In this document: in pieces, positions 9,373-19,095 of the stretch
Numbering within the stretch: the stretch's first letter is position 1
How the letters are laid out: each line of letters begins with the position of its first letter
DNA from: Promethearchaeota archaeon
GTDB taxonomy: Archaea > Asgardarchaeota > Lokiarchaeia > Sigyniarchaeales > SOKP01
Length of the DNA stretch: 64,000 nucleotides
Direction of reading: 5' to 3'
NCBI GenBank assembly: GCA_016839765.1
Contig: JAEOTP010000087.1
Span: 1 to 64,000 of the forward strand
Notes under the pieces: generated by a model
What the model saw: only the letters and a program-made list of their open reading frames with translations
Databases searched by the model: none
What the model was told of the DNA's origin: nothing
Position numbers and translations under genes: made by a program

Positions 9373-10128
9373 TTAACTTTCAAATTGAGGTAAACTAATT
9401 TCAGAATTATCTTCTCCAATAATAAATGTATAATCATATAAAGTTTCAGTATGTTCAGAATTATGCTGAATTGATACTGTACTTGCTTTAGGACCAAATC
9501 GTTTTAAAATATTAATAATTTTTCCAACCTGCCCAATATTTTTCCCAGACATAATAACAGCTAAATTCCCCTCTTTAAATCTTAATACTTTCTCAATCTC
9601 TTGGTCTGGGACTGCGATTTTTAGAACATCCATTCTTTTATACACATCTTCTTTGGGATTTTGGGGATCTTTCACCTGAATAACTATATTTCTTCCATCA
9701 TGTAAGTTCAATTGAATATTACCTCCTTTAATCGTTGTTTTTTGATTAATCCTACACAGTTTGTATTTACTCTCTTTCTCTGAGATTTCATGTAATATTA
9801 AACCATAATGAGAATCTGGAAGAATTCGGTAATGTTTATTCATCTTTTCAATAGTTAGTACATCCATTAACCCTACAGGAAAAGATTTATCCTTTATGAT
9901 TTTTCCATCTACTTTAAAATGCCCTAAACCGATCAATTTTTTTGCTTCTCTATGAAAATCAACAATTTTAAGAATGTCTCTTACAATATGCAGTAATGGT
10001 AAACACAATCGATTTGGGTGAGGACCAGGTGATGATTTTACGAAGAATTTACCATGTTTCCTTTTAATTTGCAAAAATTTTGGAGTATTTAATCTTTTTA
10101 GGACTTTCATACCACCATGGCGAGTCAT
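9373..10128 (-). CDS. rps4e: 30S ribosomal protein eS4
   Basis: SPGPH, FPVGLMDV, QLNLHDGRNI and GKNIGQVG. Confidence 0.97.
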   Translation of the reverse strand: MTRHGGMKVLKRLNTPKFLQIKRKHGKFFVKSSPGPHPNRLCLPLLHIVRDILKIVDFHREAKKLIGLGHFKVDGKIIKDKSFPVGLMDVLTIEKMNKHYRILPDSHYGLILHEISEKESKYKLCRINQKTTIKGGNIQLNLHDGRNIVIQVKDPQNPKEDVYKRMDVLKIAVPDQEIEKVLRFKEGNLAVIMSGKNIGQVGKIINILKRFGPKASTVSIQHNSEHTETLYDYTFIIGEDNSEISLPQFES

Positions 10129-10559
10129 TTTATCTCATCCTCCTCTTTAAATTTTTTTGGAGCAGTTAATTCTTCTTCACCAAATACATATAAGGCTTTT
10201 CTTTCAATCATGTTGGCTCTCCAAGGATCTAGTTTCTTTTCTTTACCAAATTTTGTAATCACTAAATTTGAAATATGAATAGATGGATTAAAATCAGTAC
10301 CATCTGCTTTTTCGAATTTACACTCTTTGATTTTTGCTCTTTGATTTTTAATTATTTCAAGAACTTCCCCTTCGAAGTCCTTAAATTCCCCTTTACAAAC
10401 GCGAACTTGATCACCGACTCTTAGTGGAAGTTTTTTAATTCCATACTCCTCTCTAAGAAAATCTGCAATTCTAGTTGATAATAAATTTGATCTTTGATGA
10501 TTTTTATAATTATACAATGCTTTCCTTTGTTTTCCAGGCTTTCTTGATGCAACTCTCAT
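10125..10559 (-). CDS. rpl24: 50S ribosomal protein uL24
   Basis: SRKPGKQRK, KOW motif RVGDQVRVCKG and IHISNLVI. Confidence 0.96.
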   Translation of the reverse strand: MRVASRKPGKQRKALYNYKNHQRSNLLSTRIADFLREEYGIKKLPLRVGDQVRVCKGEFKDFEGEVLEIIKNQRAKIKECKFEKADGTDFNPSIHISNLVITKFGKEKKLDPWRANMIERKALYVFGEEELTAPKKFKEEDEIK

Positions 10560-10583
10560 AATTTCAACACTTCTTATTAACTT

Positions 10584-11009
10584 TTATATTATTAAAGAGG
10601 ATATTGATGCTAACCTAGGAAATAATTCAGCAGCTTCTCTCGCAATTGGACCTCTAATTTCTGTTCCTTTAGGATCTCCTTCTTTACTTATTATTACTCC
10701 AGCATTATCCTCAAAACATAAACGTGTTCCATCTAATCTTTTATAGATCATCTTTTGTCTTACTATAACTGCTTTCATTATATTTCCACGCATTTCAGGA
10801 CGACCTTTTTTGATGGTTACCGAACAAACTGAACCAACAGTTGCTTTAGGCAATCGTCTCATCCTCGTTTTTATGTGATCTACATTAATTATTTGGGCAA
10901 TTTTTGCTCCAGAATTATCTGCAATGAATAATCTAGAACCGTTTTGCAAGCCATAGCTCGTCCGAGGTTTAACTAGCGTTTTTCCTCCTAACTTTCTTCT
11001 CGTTCCCAT
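10584..11009 (-). CDS. rpl14: 50S ribosomal protein uL14
   Basis: ADNSGAK, FEDNAGVI and KGTEIRGPIARE. Confidence 0.97.
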   Translation of the reverse strand: MGTRRKLGGKTLVKPRTSYGLQNGSRLFIADNSGAKIAQIINVDHIKTRMRRLPKATVGSVCSVTIKKGRPEMRGNIMKAVIVRQKMIYKRLDGTRLCFEDNAGVIISKEGDPKGTEIRGPIAREAAELFPRLASISSLII

Positions 11010-11360
11010 CTAAATTTCCTCACTTGATATTTTTTCTAATACGATAAATGCTTTCGTCTTAGAGAGTTTTCTGCTTTCGCCTACTCTAATTAAATCTCCT
11101 AAATTTATCTCATTTCTTAAGCAATCTGGTAAATGACATGCAAGGCGTGTATTACGTCTTTCATATCTTTGATATTTTTTAATAAATTGAACATAATTTC
11201 GTCTAATTATAACAGTATTCCGGGATTTTTTGCTCACTACTACACCACTCGTGATTTTTCCTCTTATTCTTGTTGTTCCATGAAATGGACAATCCTTATC
11301 ATTACATTCCTTTGCCTTTGGAGGAGACACTCCTGGAATACCAATATTTCGAATACTCAT
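11010..11360 (-). CDS. rps17: 30S ribosomal protein uS17
   Basis: CPFHG...RGK, KKYQRYERR and LSKTK. Confidence 0.97.
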   Translation of the reverse strand: MSIRNIGIPGVSPPKAKECNDKDCPFHGTTRIRGKITSGVVVSKKSRNTVIIRRNYVQFIKKYQRYERRNTRLACHLPDCLRNEINLGDLIRVGESRKLSKTKAFIVLEKISSEEI

Positions 11361-11361
11361 T

Positions 11362-11655
11362 TTATGTTTTCATCCACTTTTTCTTTTTTAACCTTCTTAG
11401 CCTATTTTCAGGAATTCCAATAATTTTTGATCCATCAACTTCTAATAAATCTTCATTTAGTTTTAACCTGAAAATATGATCTTTCTTAATATACTTTTTA
11501 ACTTTTTTTTCTTTTTCGGTTATTAACAAATTATACGTTTCATCTATAACAACACCAATATAAGAGAAACTTTTACTGCCTAATTCTGATTTCAGTTTTG
11601 CATATATATGAAATCCTATTAAATCATGATATATTAAATACTTTGGACTAATCAT
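11362..11655 (-). CDS. rnp1: Ribonuclease P protein component 1 (Rpp29/POP4)
   Basis: HDLIG...GVVIDETYN...VDGSKIIGIPENRL; canonical position between uL29 and uS17. Confidence 0.93.
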   Translation of the reverse strand: MISPKYLIYHDLIGFHIYAKLKSELGSKSFSYIGVVIDETYNLLITEKEKKVKKYIKKDHIFRLKLNEDLLEVDGSKIIGIPENRLRRLKKKKWMKT

Positions 11656-11867
11656 TCGTTCTCCTTTAGCTTTACTTCGTTTTTAACTGTTAGAATTCTA
11701 GCAATTTGTTTTCTCAGAAGTTTTGCTTTTGCAGGATTATCAGCAATACCACCACCAGTCTGTTGACTATATAACATCATCAATTCCTCTCTTAACGTAA
11801 TCAATGTTCTTTCTCTTTCTCTCTCATCCATTTGTCGAACTTTTTCTGCAGTTATTATTTCTGGCAT
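11652..11867 (-). CDS. rpl29: 50S ribosomal protein uL29
   Basis: NPAKAKLLRKQIARILTV. Confidence 0.95.
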   Translation of the reverse strand: MPEIITAEKVRQMDERERERTLITLREELMMLYSQQTGGGIADNPAKAKLLRKQIARILTVKNEVKLKENE

Positions 11868-11901
11868 TACTTATTCACTTATTATTTAAATTTTTAATGT
11901 T

Positions 11902-12678
11902 TTATTCCTTACCAGATTCAATTGATACTTCTGAAATATCTTCTTCGTCTACCTCATCAAGCAAATCTTTATCTTCTTCAGATGGAGCTGCCTCCTCCTC
12001 GATAACTCCATATTCTTCAGCAAATTTCTCTGCTCTGGTTTTTTTTGCTTTTGCTTTTGCTTTTACCTGCACTTTTGCTAACTCATCTTCATTAATTTTT
12101 ATATCATCTCCCATCTTTGTGTCAGCTCTCATTATTTTAACAATAATCCCAAGAACACCGCTCTTCTGAATACATTGGGCAACACCTTTATCTACCCCTT
12201 CTTCTGCTGGTTGACCAGATTTTGTCATTGTGCCCGCTCTAAATATTTGACACCTCGCTCTTTGCGAAGTTACTTTTCCAGATATGCGAATTTCTACTCC
12301 TCGAGCACCCGCATCCATTACTTTCCTTAGTATATAATAACCTGCCCTGCGATAATGTCTACCTCTATCAAGACTATATGCTAATCTCTCAGCCATTATT
12401 TGGGAATCTAAGTCTGGATTTGCAACCTCCTCTACCTCAATCTGAGGCATCTCAAGCCCGTAACGCTCCTGTAAAGTGTCAGTAATCTCCTGAATCCTTT
12501 TTCCTCCTTTACCAATTACTAGACCTGGACGTGAGGTCTTTAACGTTATTCTAACGCCTAAAGGAGTTTTTTGAATTTCAACACCTGCAAATCCGGCACG
12601 TACTAATTCAGATCTGAGATATTCATTTATTTGCATTAATTTAATTCCTTGTTCAATAAAGTGCTTAGCTAGTGGCAT
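11902..12678 (-). CDS. rps3: 30S ribosomal protein uS3 with acidic C-terminal tail
   Basis: KH motif RPGLVIGKGG and GARGVEIRISGK. Confidence 0.97.
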   Translation of the reverse strand: MPLAKHFIEQGIKLMQINEYLRSELVRAGFAGVEIQKTPLGVRITLKTSRPGLVIGKGGKRIQEITDTLQERYGLEMPQIEVEEVANPDLDSQIMAERLAYSLDRGRHYRRAGYYILRKVMDAGARGVEIRISGKVTSQRARCQIFRAGTMTKSGQPAEEGVDKGVAQCIQKSGVLGIIVKIMRADTKMGDDIKINEDELAKVQVKAKAKAKKTRAEKFAEEYGVIEEEAAPSEEDKDLLDEVDEEDISEVSIESGKE

Positions 12679-12714
12679 TTTTTATTCTCCTTTATATCAA
12701 CCTTTTTTTTTTAC

Positions 12715-13203
12715 CTAACTTGGAAATTCATAAACTACAATTTCGACATGACTTAAGTGCCTATACTTTGGTGTAGATCTTCCATGTGCTCGATGGATAA
12801 ATCGTTTAATGATTCTTCCTCGATGAGTTGCTGCATGGATTATTCTACATGATTCAGTATCTAATCCTTTATATTCTGCATTCGACTCAGCAGCAGATAA
12901 TAATTCATAAATTCTAGCAGTTGCTTTTTGGGGATATCTACCTGCATACCATTTAAATTGCTTTAAATCTTTTCGATGTGCTTGCTTCTTTTTATGTCTT
13001 CTGAATGGTATTGATTGTTTTAACTGAATAACTTTTTCTAAATATGATTTAGCTTTTTCAAGATTCATACCCTTTATTACAGCACAAATTTCTCTTGCAT
13101 GTTTTGGTTTAATTCTTAAATCTCTTCCAGATGCTTTTGCTAATCTATCTGCATCATATTTCTGTTCAATAAATGAATAACCCCATGTAGGCATTATAAT
13201 CAT
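12715..13203 (-). CDS. rpl22: 50S ribosomal protein uL22
   Basis: GRYPQKA, NAEYKGL and RAHGR. Confidence 0.97.
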   Translation of the reverse strand: MIIMPTWGYSFIEQKYDADRLAKASGRDLRIKPKHAREICAVIKGMNLEKAKSYLEKVIQLKQSIPFRRHKKKQAHRKDLKQFKWYAGRYPQKATARIYELLSAAESNAEYKGLDTESCRIIHAATHRGRIIKRFIHRAHGRSTPKYRHLSHVEIVVYEFPS

Positions 13204-13227
13204 CTCATTTTATATTAATATTTAACA

Positions 13228-13764
13228 TTACTTAAGGGGAACATATTTACTTGAACGTGTTGCTCCGATACCAGGAGAACCATGCTGTACCCTCTTTCTT
13301 GTAAGAGCAAATTCGCCTAAATAATGGCCAATCATCTCAGGTCGTATATCTACAATATCATAATTTCTTCCGTTGTAAATTCCAACCTTAAGCCCAACAA
13401 ATTCTGGAAAAATTATCAAATCTCGTACGTGTGTTCTCACAATTAGATCTTTACCTCTTTTTTTTGCTCTATACGCTCTTCTTAACCTTTCAATAACTTT
13501 TTTTTGTCTCGGAGGTAGTCCTCTTCTTAAACTTCTTCTAGCTCTTGCAGGTAATAATTGTAATAACTGATCCATATTCATCTTTTTTAAGTCATCTAAA
13601 GTATGACCACGATAATGAAAACGTAATCTATCACGCTCTTTTTCGACATCTAATTCATCTTCTTCTTCTACTTCTTCTTCAACTTTTTCTTCTATTTCCT
13701 CAAGAGATTCTTCTTCTTCTAAATCTTCTTGATTTTCTTTGTCAAGTTCCTCATTCGGAGCCAT
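13228..13764 (-). CDS. rps19: 30S ribosomal protein uS19 with acidic N-terminal extension
   Basis: RTHVRD...PEMIGHYLGEF...HGSPGIGATRSSKYVPLK. Confidence 0.97.
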   Translation of the reverse strand: MAPNEELDKENQEDLEEEESLEEIEEKVEEEVEEEDELDVEKERDRLRFHYRGHTLDDLKKMNMDQLLQLLPARARRSLRRGLPPRQKKVIERLRRAYRAKKRGKDLIVRTHVRDLIIFPEFVGLKVGIYNGRNYDIVDIRPEMIGHYLGEFALTRKRVQHGSPGIGATRSSKYVPLK

Positions 13765-13996
13765 TTTTCCACCAATCTATTTGTTCCGTTTAATGTTTAT
13801 TGTTTATTATTTACTTAATTATTTTGAAATGTAAGGTTATTAGTTATCTATTAAATTTTAATTTTATTAAAACAAGAGAACTGAAAAACATAAAATTTAA
13901 AAGGTGATAATACAAATTTGATGGAAGTCCATAAGATCTTTAATACACTATTTTTATCGAGGGATTTGGTAATTATTTTTCAATTTTAGATAATAA

Positions 13997-14671
13997 TTAA
14001 TAATACCTGTTAGGATTATATAACCTTTCTATATCCTCCTCGTCAAATTTCCCTTTCCATTTTTCTTTAATTAACACGAAGTTTTCTGGATCAATATTTG
14101 GGTTTATCACTGAGTGATACGTATTAATTGAATTTTCGAAATAAGTGCTATTTTTAACAAAATAAAAAACTTTATTACCATTAATAATAATAGGTTTTCC
14201 TTCTATAATTTCCCAAGTTTCACTCCTAAGGTGATGAACTTGAATAGAAATTCCCATCTCTGGTTTAATATATATTAAGTTATAATCGGGATACGTGAAT
14301 TTTATGCTGTACCACTTTGGCAACACATCAATAAAACCTTCAGGAATATTATACACTTTCTTAAACGTTTCTGGGTCAAAATCTAATTTTTTAGAATGCT
14401 CGTATTTATACGGGTTGTAAATTATATCATGAATTAATATATCATGGTTATAATTAATTTGAATTTTCTTCTTACCATTATTTATTATCATATAGTAGTT
14501 GTGGGGTTCAATAATCAAATCTTTAGCAGATAAATTTTTTGTGATAAAAGAGGTTCCATTTATGAGGAATATATCATCAAGCTCATTATCATTAATGGAA
14601 ATTATTAATTCGTTCGTACCATTTTTCCTTAGAAAAGTCCCTCTTTTGGGAAGCAAATTTTCATTCATCAT
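13997..14671 (-). CDS. Cupin-domain protein resembling the type II phosphomannose isomerase C-terminal domain
   Basis: IKPEMGISIQVHHLRSETWEIIEG and EEDIERL resemble the PMI-II motifs (SLQxHxxRxEHW, EDDIxR). Confidence 0.65.
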   Translation of the reverse strand: MMNENLLPKRGTFLRKNGTNELIISINDNELDDIFLINGTSFITKNLSAKDLIIEPHNYYMIINNGKKKIQINYNHDILIHDIIYNPYKYEHSKKLDFDPETFKKVYNIPEGFIDVLPKWYSIKFTYPDYNLIYIKPEMGISIQVHHLRSETWEIIEGKPIIINGNKVFYFVKNSTYFENSINTYHSVINPNIDPENFVLIKEKWKGKFDEEDIERLYNPNRYY

Positions 14672-14683
14672 AGAAAAATACCT

Positions 14684-15652
14684 CTAATTAAATAATCTAT
14701 TATATTCTTTATATTTTTCTTCAATTTCATGTAGATAAGGTATTGATGCTTGCGCTCCTCTGCGAGCTACTGCTATAGAAGCTGCCGAAGTTGCATATTT
14801 AACACTTGTTATTAAATCTTCTCCTTGATTTAATTTGCTCGCTAAAACTCCATTAAAACAATCACCTGCTCCAACAGTATCAATAGCATGAACTTTTATT
14901 GCGGGAATTTTAGTAGTTTTATCTATTTCAGATTGATATATTAATGATCCTTTATTTCCTAAAGTAGTAATCACATCTCTGACTCCTAAACGAGCAAGAT
15001 CTTTTGAAATTTGAATCATCTCCTTATATCCTCTAATTTTTAATTCCTTAAATCCCAATAATGAATACAATCGAATTAATTCACCCTTATTTGGGATGAT
15101 AATATCAATATTTTTTAAAATGTCAACTGGAATTGGTTTTAAAGGAGCAGGATTAAGAATTTTGATTACATTTCCTTTGGAAGCAATAGAGAAAATTTCT
15201 TTAATAGTTTCAATTGAAATTTCCATCTGTACTAGTAATGAATTTGCATTTTTAATTAAATCTGCATGCTTTTCAATATCCTTAGGCTTCAATTTAACAT
15301 TTGCTCCAGGAGCGACACTTATAATGTTTTCACCATTTTTATCAATCAATATAAAAGCAATTCCACTTGGTTCATTTGGATCCCTAATTATATAGTCTAT
15401 ATTAATGCCTTCATTTCTTAATTGTGAGATCATTTGATCACCAAAAGCATCTCTCCCAATTTTCGCGATAAAAAATGTGTCTGAGCCGGAACGTACGGAT
15501 GCAACTGATTGATTAGCACCTTTTCCTCCTAAAAACTGCTTAAATATTCCGCCTGTAACAGTTTCACCTGGTTTTGGTAGCCTTTCTGAATAAATATTTA
15601 AGTCCATATTACTCGAACCTATAATAATGACATAATCTTTTACGTTGATCAT
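14684..15652 (-). CDS. rbsK: Ribokinase (PfkB family)
   Basis: GSSNMD...PGETV...GGKGANQ, GENII.VAPGAN and DTVGAGDCFNG. Confidence 0.93.
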   Translation of the reverse strand: MINVKDYVIIIGSSNMDLNIYSERLPKPGETVTGGIFKQFLGGKGANQSVASVRSGSDTFFIAKIGRDAFGDQMISQLRNEGINIDYIIRDPNEPSGIAFILIDKNGENIISVAPGANVKLKPKDIEKHADLIKNANSLLVQMEISIETIKEIFSIASKGNVIKILNPAPLKPIPVDILKNIDIIIPNKGELIRLYSLLGFKELKIRGYKEMIQISKDLARLGVRDVITTLGNKGSLIYQSEIDKTTKIPAIKVHAIDTVGAGDCFNGVLASKLNQGEDLITSVKYATSAASIAVARRGAQASIPYLHEIEEKYKEYNRLFN

Positions 15653-15826
15653 AATCCTACATCTAATTTTTTAGATCTTATTTACTAATTGTGGATCATC
15701 ACCATTAAAATCATTTGTATCCTATCGAATGGTTTTAATTTAATATTATTTTAAAAAATAATATTAACCATAACTAAGTTGCTTATTATAATAAGAAACT
15801 AATTATAATTTAAAAAGTGAAAAATA

Positions 15827-16150
15827 ATGGCAAAAGATAAAATTATTGGTGCGATAGTGTTAATACTTGGCGCTCTAATTGGCGTTATTTATACAATGGG
15901 CTCCATTGTTGATCTTATCATGGATGAGCTCATTAAAAATCCTAATTGGGATCTTGCTTTTAGATTTTTTGATATCGATTGGCTAGATTGGCGAGCATTC
16001 GTTGTATTACCAATGTGGTTGATTGTAATATTAATTTGTATTATCGCTATTTGGATAGGGTACAGTATGCTCACCACTCCTGCACCTGTTCCACTCGAAG
16101 AGTTGGAAGAAGAACTAGCAGCTGAGGAAGAAGAATCTTCAGAAGGTTAG
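15827..16150 (+). CDS. Small two-TM conserved archaeal membrane protein with acidic tail
   Basis: Two hydrophobic segments followed by WIGYSMLTTPAPVPLEELEEEL. Confidence 0.65.
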   Translation: MAKDKIIGAIVLILGALIGVIYTMGSIVDLIMDELIKNPNWDLAFRFFDIDWLDWRAFVVLPMWLIVILICIIAIWIGYSMLTTPAPVPLEELEEELAAEEEESSEG

Positions 16151-16184
16151 AGATAACAACTAAAAATTTTTTATTTTTTTTATA

Positions 16185-16928
16185 TTATATTTGTAATTTT
16201 ACCATATTCATATTTAGATTTTCTAGATTAATTTGAATTAAGGATTTATTTGGTATTTCCTTGGCTCCGCTTAATATTGGAGTTGTTGATACCGTTAATC
16301 TATCGAAGATTTTAGAGATGAATAGCGTATGATGCCTGCCATTGAAGTTTGTATTATGATATGTGATAATATTACATTCTCTTGAATTGAAAAGAAAGGC
16401 ATTTGCTCCAGCTGCAATTTCTATCTTTTGGAACACTTTTTCTAAGGAGGTTTTTAGGTCATGCTCAATTTTTAATTGATCAATTGTATAACATAGGTAT
16501 TTTCGTGTATCCAATCCTGTATTATTCTTAATATCTTCTAATTTAGGATTTATTAATTTAGGAAAGGATTCATTTTTAATGACTCCATTATGGACTATTA
16601 GATAATTTTCATCGATATTAATAGGATGTATATCATTAAAGCCCTTATTCCAGGGATAAGCTTTTCTTGCGTGTACTAATAAAAATCTGGTCTTAATATT
16701 AACCAGATTCTTCCAATCGGAATAATAAATTGGAGTAATATCTCTTTTAATGATTAACTTTCTATTAGTGTTTTCTGGAATATAAGCAAAACCCCAACCT
16801 AATCCATGATGCCCAAATAAATTATATTTCCTTAAATATTGCCAGTGACAGGATTTTACAAACTTTTCTAAAAAATTATTATGAATATTGAATGGTTCTG
16901 TCGAAGATTGGAAAAACATACGACACAT
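16185..16928 (-). CDS. Class II (Ntn) glutamine amidotransferase, EgtC/YafJ-like
   Basis: N-terminal M-C-R-M nucleophile, GWG, HARKA, HP and HNG. Confidence 0.85.
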   Translation of the reverse strand: MCRMFFQSSTEPFNIHNNFLEKFVKSCHWQYLRKYNLFGHHGLGWGFAYIPENTNRKLIIKRDITPIYYSDWKNLVNIKTRFLLVHARKAYPWNKGFNDIHPINIDENYLIVHNGVIKNESFPKLINPKLEDIKNNTGLDTRKYLCYTIDQLKIEHDLKTSLEKVFQKIEIAAGANAFLFNSRECNIITYHNTNFNGRHHTLFISKIFDRLTVSTTPILSGAKEIPNKSLIQINLENLNMNMVKLQI

Positions 16929-16966
16929 TATAATTAATTAATAATGAGTCAAAAAGATAATTACTT

Positions 16967-18079
16967 TTATTGAAGAATAAAAGCATAAATATGTCCATCA
17001 TCATGGCAAGTTATTAAAATCTTTGAATCAGTATCAAAGTCAAAACCATTTAAACAAGAAGGATTATTAATTTGAGATAAGAATTTACCATTGACTTCAT
17101 CTAATAGCATTAAATAACCACGCGTGGTTCCAATCACGATGTAATTGTTTTCAAACATTTTAATATAGTTAATAATTTCAGTATTTACGTTTTTATACTC
17201 CCATTTTACACCAAAATTCTCATTGAAGCATATTACTTTTGCAGTGAATTTTATATCTTTAATTGGGATGGATTTGTCTAAAAATTTAAAAGAATAGGTA
17301 CTTACTAATAAACTATTATGTCGTTGTGGAGGTAATGATAGACATTTCCAAACAATATCATCTGTCTCGATAGTTTTAATTTCTTTTTTTTTTTCTTTAT
17401 CAATAATATGTATTTTTTTATCATCTCCTCCACATACGATGTAATCATATTGATATGAATGAATATTTGATAAACACCTAACTTTATCAGAAAATCGTTT
17501 AAACCAGAGTAATTCTCCAGATTTATTATCAAAGATTCTTATTGTCCCATCATTACCACACGCAATGACTTCAATCTCATTGGAATCTACAGAGCTTCTC
17601 CATATTAGCGCATCACCAATGCCTTCTTCAAAAATTTGTCCCCATATTAAGGAACCATCTAATGGATTTAGGATTCTTAGGCTCTTATCAAGAGAATAGG
17701 AGATAATTTCATTAATGCCGTTATTATTAATATCATCTACTAAAATTCCCCCAATAGAGGATCCAAATCTATGTGTCCAATAAGGTTCTAACTCAAATTC
17801 ATTTTTATATTTAAATGCTCTTAAAAGTCCATCCATTCCACCTAGAAGTAGTTCTTCTTTACCATCATTATCTATATCATATAATAGTGCTTTCCAAATT
17901 GGCGTATTTTGTGTTATCTCATCCTTAAACAACAATTTCCCATTTAATGAGAATATTAGGATTTTTCCAGATTTAGTATATGTAATTATTTGTTTATTGC
18001 TACTTTCGGTTAGAGTTCCTAGTTCTACTCCTAGTAATTGTTCATTCGTGTTAAAATCCCAAACTTTTTCAATTTTCAA
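16967..18079 (-). CDS. WD40/FG-GAP-like beta-propeller protein
   Basis: Repeated blades: DIDNDGKEELLLGGMDGLLRAF, DINNNGINEIISYSLDKSLRIL, CGNDGTIRIFD, GGDDKKIHIID. Confidence 0.8.
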   Translation of the reverse strand: MKIEKVWDFNTNEQLLGVELGTLTESSNKQIITYTKSGKILIFSLNGKLLFKDEITQNTPIWKALLYDIDNDGKEELLLGGMDGLLRAFKYKNEFELEPYWTHRFGSSIGGILVDDINNNGINEIISYSLDKSLRILNPLDGSLIWGQIFEEGIGDALIWRSSVDSNEIEVIACGNDGTIRIFDNKSGELLWFKRFSDKVRCLSNIHSYQYDYIVCGGDDKKIHIIDKEKKKEIKTIETDDIVWKCLSLPPQRHNSLLVSTYSFKFLDKSIPIKDIKFTAKVICFNENFGVKWEYKNVNTEIINYIKMFENNYIVIGTTRGYLMLLDEVNGKFLSQINNPSCLNGFDFDTDSKILITCHDDGHIYAFILQ

Positions 18080-18224
18080 AATGCTTCAATTAATCTCAAT
18101 GATATTTTACATAAAATTTCAATTTTTTACAATAAATTCTATAAGCAGTAATATTATAAAATAATAGCATTTAACTACTTCTAAAACCTAATTATATTCT
18201 AAAAATAAAATTTACGATATAAAA

Positions 18225-18659
18225 ATGTCAGAAGATAGAAATATTGATATTTTCTCAGTATTAATACTAATACTTAGTATCATTGCCATTGTATTGGTAG
18301 CAATTGGTCCTTTCGCTGGATTCTATTATGGAGGATATGGAGATAGATATTCCTGTTTAGGGTGTGAATATTGGACGGCAGGTGATTTAATCGCACAGAT
18401 TTTCATTCTGATCCTATTTATAATTCAGGTGGTGATTGCATTGAATAATTTACTTCCAAAGAAATTTATATCAATCGATTTAACTAAATATAGTTTATAT
18501 ATAGCAATAACAACATTTGCTTTGGCAATTATTGGCCTTATATCTTTTGGAACTACACACATAGGAGATGAATGGTGGCCCGAATTAGGTTTTTATGGAA
18601 GCGTGGTTGGTGGCTTTCTCAATACAATTTTGTTCTTCTTAAAACAAAAAAATAAATAA
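18225..18659 (+). CDS. Hypothetical 4-TM membrane protein
   Basis: Four hydrophobic segments and a CxxC (CLGC) in the first loop. Confidence 0.65.
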   Translation: MSEDRNIDIFSVLILILSIIAIVLVAIGPFAGFYYGGYGDRYSCLGCEYWTAGDLIAQIFILILFIIQVVIALNNLLPKKFISIDLTKYSLYIAITTFALAIIGLISFGTTHIGDEWWPELGFYGSVVGGFLNTILFFLKQKNK

Positions 18660-18818
18660 TTTCTTTTTTTTAATCCTGCAAATTAAGTTTCAAACTAAAT
18701 CTTCAAAAGAATATTTCTTAAAATAAAAACGAAATTTAAATTTTTTATATTATTCTCATAATTACTGATATACACTTTTATGGAACAAAAAAAATTCAAT
18801 AACAAAAAGGTTTTAAAT

Positions 18819-19016
18819 ATGAGTTTCGGGATTGAAATTGATAAAGACGCTTGTACCGGATGTGGAACATGCTATGAAGTTTGTCCAAGTGAATGTTTTG
18901 GAGAACCTGAAGGCGGTAAAGTTAACGTGATTGAGGAAAATAGAGATGATTGTGTAGGATGTAGAGCTTGTGAAACACAATGCCCTGAAGAAGCTATTAC
19001 AATTACTGAAGAATAA
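18819..19016 (+). CDS. 2x[4Fe-4S] ferredoxin
   Basis: CTGCGTCYEVCP and CVGCRACETQCP. The ATG at 18819 is preferred over 18780. Confidence 0.93.
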   Translation: MSFGIEIDKDACTGCGTCYEVCPSECFGEPEGGKVNVIEENRDDCVGCRACETQCPEEAITITEE

Positions 19017-19095
19017 ATTAAGTTGAAATGAAAAACTAGAAATAAGCACTAACTAAGGATTTTAATATTACTTTTTTTTATTTTTTATCTTTTAA

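Noticed and set aside
13921-13989. 22-codon ORF (MEVHKIFNTLFLSRDLVIIFQF) upstream of the ribosomal cluster
   Set aside because: Too short, no recognisable motif, and expected by chance.
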